A stretch of 54,286 nucleotides of DNA, taken from the NCBI GenBank assembly GCA_032718475.1, contig JAUCBJ010008445.1, positions 1-54,286 of the forward strand, in the 5' to 3' direction. Below, in pieces: positions 48,493 to 54,286 of this stretch. The DNA comes from Nemertoderma westbladi. Lineage: Eukaryota > Animalia > Xenacoelomorpha. Below the pieces are notes generated by a model. The model did not search any database. It was not told the DNA's origin and saw only the letters and a list, made by a program, of their open reading frames with translations. The translations under genes were made by a program, and so were the position numbers. Position 1 is the first letter of the stretch, and each line of letters starts with the position of its first letter.

Positions 48493-49704
48493 GTTATGGA
48501 ATAGATGTAAAAGCTTTTGCGGACAAAATAAGTCATTTTGCGCAATTCGCTAAATACTCTAAAAGGCCTATAACTTATGCAACTAAGTGTCTGTGAAAAA
48601 ACTCAAGTTGGGATGACAAAATCAACCAACTGTTTCTTTGTGTGAAGAATCTGCTTTGTTGACATATATTTCAGCCAATCAGAGCGATCTCTCTTCCCTG
48701 TGCACAGTGGCCTATAAAAAATGACGCAATGCGGCAAATTCGGAGAATTCCTTCATTCAGAATTCATTCATTCTGACATTCTGACTGTTCTGACTTTTGC
48801 CCTAACATCAGTGGCCTAAGAGAGTCATAAGAACGCAAATCTATTAACTTGTAACTCATAACACATTGCACATCTCAATTCATACATTCTGACTCATTGC
48901 ACATTTCGTATCACACCGCTGCCCTACATTCTGATATACTGTTTTTATACTATTGTTAATTACTGTTATATATTAATGGATGTTATACTGTAGGAAGAAC
49001 ACATTCGAAATAGGCCGTCAAATGAAACATGCTTTTATGCGCGTGCCACATGTGCCATTACACACTTCAAGTGCGAGTACTCTCAAAGGTAACATACTTG
49101 AATTGCCATAGTGCGTATTTCCACACAATTACCACATATCATCCTCACTTGGGCAAAACGTGATTCGACGCACAATCCCATACATACAGTATATATATAT
49201 ATATATGTGTGTTTATCATTCAGAGCGGTGCCTATCACCACCCACCCCCCCCCCCCCCCCCCCCCCCACCCCCCCCGGCCCTACTCCTTACAATGATTAC
49301 TAGCTAATTTATTTTGCCCATGCCAATGTTTGATTTTATTAATATTCTATAATATTATCTACGCTTATTATAAAATATTCTAGAACATTAGTATATCATC
49401 TTCTTTTATAGAATTTAAAATTTGTTATATTTTTAAAGATTTTCTTTTGTAATTTATGCTTTAATACGTTTAATTATTGCAACTAATTATAATAAGTAAA
49501 TGATTTATAAGTAGCTTTACGATATTAATTATTATAATTAACAATAAACACTTGTAATCTCAATGATTTAACCAATAGTATTTCAGGAAAAACGGGTTCT
49601 AAATGATTAACTACCATATAATTTTCTAACCTCAAACACGTCTCCGTTCTGTGAAACCTAATATTATAATTATTACTAATTACAATATAAAAGAAGAAAT
49701 TCTA

Positions 49705-50110
49705 CACCTGTGTTGGCTAGACGCAATTCCCTGCAGTTCCCTAGGTCTCAAGCTTTCTAACTCTCAGCTCCGCATATCAATCACTACCCGCCTCGGCTGC
49801 ATATTAACCGAGCCCCACTCCTGCACCAGGTGGGGAAGCCCAATCCATGCGGATGGTCTACACTGCACGACCTTTATTGCCAAAAGAGTGCTGGCTGATT
49901 CGCCCGCCATTCAATGTTGAATGAGATCGTGAAGCGTGGGTTGGCCAGCTGTAATATCCCATATATTCTAGAACCACCCGGCCTCTCTAGAACAGATGGT
50001 AAACGGGTAGATGGGATGACTCTGGTGCCTTGGGAGAGCGGAAAGACCTTGACCTGGGACTCCACTGTGGTGGACCCCCTCGCACCAAGCCACTACAGGA
50101 CAAGATCTGC
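49705..50110 (+). pseudogene. C-terminal zinc-knuckle/restriction-like endonuclease fragment of a CRE-like non-LTR retrotransposon
   Basis: WLDAIPCSSLGLKL..RLG..DGLHC, then [45 protein letters not shown]. Confidence 0.75.
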
Positions 50111-50310
50111 TACTACAGGACATAGGTAACCAGTTAAATAAACAAATGAATTAACCTCGTATTCTATTAAGTCAACTTATACTATTACTAGGATTACACA
50201 TTATACTATTACTTATCTTAATACTAATCTTATGTTAATATGTATGTATTACCGTATACATAATCTGCATGTACATTGTATAGCCCATATTTTTACAATA
50301 TTTTTCTATA

Positions 50311-53300
50311 ATGGCCATCCACAAACTAATTCCCACTTTGGTTAACCACCCTTGTAAAATATGCCGTATAGAGGTAAGGCAGAACCACCAGGCACTCTGC
50401 TGCGACCTCTGTGATGAATGGCTGCACCTAAAATGCATTTCACTGGGTCTATCTAAAAAGGACTACACTCACTTTCAAAACTCAATTTCAAACTGGTTCT
50501 GCCCCACTTGTCTATCTGAATCATTGCCATTTATGCACATTGCAGACGACAACGAATTTACACTCACAGCAAGAGACTACCGTATACCCGACTGCATAGA
50601 TATTACATACTTAGACACACAGTATTTCGATAAGTACAACTTAACAGATCCCACATCGACTAAGAACACTGACTTTGACACAGACTTTAACCCAGACGTC
50701 CACATTCCCACTGATACTGCACATTTACGGAACTGTACTTATAGTTTCCCGGAGGATTTCAATACAAAATTTGGGCATCTCTCCCCAAAACTGTCCCTTA
50801 TTCATTTCAATGCTCGTAGTTTGTCAGCCAATTTCGATAAAATTGAAAGCTTATTAATCAGTTTAAAAACGACTTTCTCCGTGATTGCTATCTCAGAAAC
50901 CTGGCTGAATGACACTGACCACTCACAGTTCTCCCTACCAAACTACAAATTATTTTCTCAACCTCGAAAAGACAAAGATGGTGGTGGCGTCGCTATATAT
51001 GTACACACCGACCTTACAGCATTTCCACGCATGGATTTACATTGTAAATCCCCAACCCCAATAGAAAATCTTTTCCTTGAAATCCCACAAACAAAGAGTA
51101 AAAATATAATTGTTGGTGCAATCTACCGTCCCCCTAATACCGCTGTGCAGGAAACTTTCGCCTCTCTACAACCTACGATGGAAAAAATTAATAACGAAGG
51201 TAAACCCTGTTTTTTACTTGGCGATTTTAACATCGACTTATTAAAAACAAACATTAGTCCTGTTAGTGCAGATTTTTTTAACTTTATAACGACCTATAAT
51301 TATATACACACTATCTCTAAACCCACCCGAATTACAGACCACTCAGCAACTCTAATAGATAACATTTTCACTAACTCTTCGTCAACTCTAAAATCTGGGT
51401 TACTAATCTCTCATATTTCCGACCACATTCCAATCTTCACGCTTACAGATATATTAACTAGTCAGAAACCAAAACAACAATACATGTACCGTAGAAAACT
51501 ACGCGACAAAAAAAAACAGGAATCTTTCACAAACGCCCTAAAAATGAAAAATTGGGATGAATTATACAGACATACTACTGCAGATAGTGCATACAACACT
51601 TTCTTACACACCTACCAACACTATTACAATACACACTTCCCACTTGAACGAGAGAAAATACGTAACACAGAAAAACCCTGGCTGACTGACTCCTTGGTTA
51701 GAGCATTGAAAAAACGCGATCGACTATTTGGAAATTATACTAAGAACCCCACCCCTGATAAACAGGCATCATTCAAACGTTACCGTAATGCATTGAGCAG
51801 TTTACTTCGAACCGCAAAGAAAAACTATTACAGTTTGGCACTGGACTTTAAGAAGCAAAATGCTCGCGCAGTATGGGGTCACATTAACCAGTTAATTCAT
51901 AAGAAACCTAAATCCTCATTGCCCACACTGGTAACTCACAACACACGAACATATACAGCCCCAATAGATATCGCAACTGCCTTCAACGACAATTATATCA
52001 ACATAGGTCAAAAACTAAATAACAAAATACCTACTACAGATGGTTCCCCTCTGGACTACCTACCCAGAACTGAACCCACTGTAAAACTCAAAATGTTTAA
52101 CACAATAACACCAACAGACATTATATACACAACTAACTTATTGAACAAGAGAACTAGCCCTGGTTACGACGATCTAGCTGCATACAGTATTTACCCCTCT
52201 ATCACACTCATTGCCGAACCCCTGGCTCACATTGTTAACATCTCACTGTCTACTGGCTCAGTCCCCAGCCAAATGAAAATTGCACGTGTAACACCAGTAT
52301 TTAAGGCAGAAAACCCGACTGTGGTTGAAAATTACAGACCTATCTCGGTACTTGCATACTTTTCAAAAATACTAGAAAAAATCGTACACACGGAACTAAC
52401 AGATTACCTTACTAAACAGGCAATCCTCACACCTGATCAATTTGGTTTCAGAAATAAACGCTCCACACAGCACGCCTTACTCACCTTACTAGAAAACATC
52501 ACAGACGCATTAGACAAGGGTGAATACTGTGTCGGAGTGTCTTTGGATTTATCTAAAGCCTTCGACACAGTTAACCACAAAATACTGATACAGAAACTAC
52601 AACGCTACGGGATAACTGATACAGCGCTGGTCTGGATCACTAGTTACCTTACAGATCGAGTGCAATATGTTACAGTAGGTACAGCGCAATCAAAGTACTC
52701 CACAATTGTAATAGGATTACCACAAGGGTCGCTTCTGAGCCCTTTGTTATTTATAATCTACTGTAATGACCTACCCTCAGTATCCAACATTTCTAAATTC
52801 ATTTTGTACGCTGACGATACGAATATGTTTAAATCCAGTGCAGACCTAAACTCACTGATTACAGATATTAACAATGAGTTGGATAAACTAACAAAGTGGT
52901 TTCAACTGAACCGACTGTCTCTAAATATAAAAAAATCTAATTTCATTATTTTTCGAACTCAAAACAAAATGCTAGACTTAAACACACTACCTGCTGTAAC
53001 AATTAACGGAAATACAATTAAGCGACAAAAAGTTATCAAATTCCTGGGTGTCAACATTGATGAACACCTGACTTGGAAAAATCACTGTGACTATCTACGT
53101 ATCAAAATCAGTCGTAATATTGGCATAATAAATAAAATAAAAAATTTTGTCACATCAAAAACATTAATAGTATTATACAATACGATGATAGCTCCGTATC
53201 TGATGTACTGCAATACTGTGTGGGCAGCAAAATCGTATAAAACCATAAACACCGACACCAACAGACCTACACACAAACACTACAGACATCGACATAAGCG

Positions 53301-53712
53301 ACGAAAACCAACAGACAAACTCACTACTAATGTTTCAACCTTGCACAAACTGCAACAGAGAGCCCAGAATATTGTCGTATCAAAAGGCAACACAGACTTC
53401 ACTCCACTTACAATACGATCTATTTATATAAAACAGATAACAATACTAAGCTACAGCTACATACATAAACTATTACCAGCTGACATATTCCCTTCTCTAC
53501 TCACTCTCATATCAACAACACATGAACACCAAACGCGATCGGCAGCCAATAATAACTATATGGTACCACGCACACGCCTTGAGATTGCTAGACAATCAAT
53601 CAGAGTGCGCGCACCAGAGGTCTGGAACACCCTGCCTTCTTCTTTACGGAACGCTAATTCAGTAAATTTATTTAAAAACGCCATAACTAAACTGCTCGCT
53701 TCAGAGCAATAA
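50311..53712 (+). CDS. Intact CR1/L2-group LINE ORF2: PHD finger + AP endonuclease + reverse transcriptase (1133 aa)
   Basis: PHD CxxC..CxxC..HxxC..CxxC. APE motifs HFNARSL, ISETW, IYRPP, LGDFN, IDNIF, SDH. RT motifs YRPISVL, QFGFR, DLSKAFD, GLPQGS, YADD. Confidence 0.93.
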   Translation: MAIHKLIPTLVNHPCKICRIEVRQNHQALCCDLCDEWLHLKCISLGLSKKDYTHFQNSISNWFCPTCLSESLPFMHIADDNEFTLTARDYRIPDCIDITYLDTQYFDKYNLTDPTSTKNTDFDTDFNPDVHIPTDTAHLRNCTYSFPEDFNTKFGHLSPKLSLIHFNARSLSANFDKIESLLISLKTTFSVIAISETWLNDTDHSQFSLPNYKLFSQPRKDKDGGGVAIYVHTDLTAFPRMDLHCKSPTPIENLFLEIPQTKSKNIIVGAIYRPPNTAVQETFASLQPTMEKINNEGKPCFLLGDFNIDLLKTNISPVSADFFNFITTYNYIHTISKPTRITDHSATLIDNIFTNSSSTLKSGLLISHISDHIPIFTLTDILTSQKPKQQYMYRRKLRDKKKQESFTNALKMKNWDELYRHTTADSAYNTFLHTYQHYYNTHFPLEREKIRNTEKPWLTDSLVRALKKRDRLFGNYTKNPTPDKQASFKRYRNALSSLLRTAKKNYYSLALDFKKQNARAVWGHINQLIHKKPKSSLPTLVTHNTRTYTAPIDIATAFNDNYINIGQKLNNKIPTTDGSPLDYLPRTEPTVKLKMFNTITPTDIIYTTNLLNKRTSPGYDDLAAYSIYPSITLIAEPLAHIVNISLSTGSVPSQMKIARVTPVFKAENPTVVENYRPISVLAYFSKILEKIVHTELTDYLTKQAILTPDQFGFRNKRSTQHALLTLLENITDALDKGEYCVGVSLDLSKAFDTVNHKILIQKLQRYGITDTALVWITSYLTDRVQYVTVGTAQSKYSTIVIGLPQGSLLSPLLFIIYCNDLPSVSNISKFILYADDTNMFKSSADLNSLITDINNELDKLTKWFQLNRLSLNIKKSNFIIFRTQNKMLDLNTLPAVTINGNTIKRQKVIKFLGVNIDEHLTWKNHCDYLRIKISRNIGIINKIKNFVTSKTLIVLYNTMIAPYLMYCNTVWAAKSYKTINTDTNRPTHKHYRHRHKRRKPTDKLTTNVSTLHKLQQRAQNIVVSKGNTDFTPLTIRSIYIKQITILSYSYIHKLLPADIFPSLLTLISTTHEHQTRSAANNNYMVPRTRLEIARQSIRVRAPEVWNTLPSSLRNANSVNLFKNAITKLLASEQ

Positions 53713-54286
53713 CACTGTGTTTTCTACATGCATTTTATTATTGTTTATGTATTTTCTATTTTACATGTACACGCTAAACAAAACTGTTACACTTTCTATT
53801 GTTACAAATATATTAGATTACGTACCGTATTGTTAGATAGATGCTTACAATACAGATCACTGTATATAGAGTACCGTATTGTTGTTGCATAGATATTATC
53901 TTAGTTAGAACTTTGTTTTATATTTCAATTTTAGGTTTGTATCCGAATTCAGTTTTCTATTTTCGTTTCCACACCAACTAATTAGATATGTATTGTTTAG
54001 AATTATTCCTCTATAATTAAAAGTGCACTTATATAATTATTGCAGTATAATGCAGTATAATCATAACTACAGTAGGTTGGTTGTTTTATAGTTGCAATTA
54101 CTTACGCTTGAATACTATGATACTCGATCGTACAGTAGATTTGTCGGTTATTTGTTTTTGTAATGCGTTTCTTAGTGCAGCTACAATTGTTGAATGCTAA
54201 CGGTGGCTGGTGTAATGGGCCTACCCGTCCAACCACCGTCTACATTCTACATTGTATGTAGAAATGTAGTAAATTGTTCAGAAATA

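Overview
Eukaryotic (animal, probably invertebrate) transposon cluster with no recognisable host gene. The core is a three-level nest of BEL/Pao LTR retrotransposons. Element A (+, 3375-37689) contains element B (-, 11709-32801, TSD TGGGG), whose remaining LTR is interrupted by a young non-autonomous element C (+, 19564-32355, TSD AAGTA). Also present: a solo LTR (11-1216), a TTAA piggyBac-like MITE, two copies of an RTE-like LINE (one with a 57-bp TSD, one interrupted by a decayed Ty3/Gypsy element), a CRE-like endonuclease fragment and an intact PHD-APE-RT CR1/L2-group LINE ORF. Three observations stand out. (1) A and C have no tRNA-type PBS. Instead, the bases right after the 5' LTR are perfectly complementary to a segment inside their own LTR, suggesting self-primed reverse transcription. 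(2) All three BEL elements carry an accessory ORF in the env position. B and C share an unrecognised helical + CxxC..CxxH domain, and A and B have a DEDDy (WRN/EXD/Mut-7-like) 3'-5' exonuclease domain. (3) B carries six dispersed copies of a 20-nt palindrome with compensatory changes. All calls are by eye; no searches were run.
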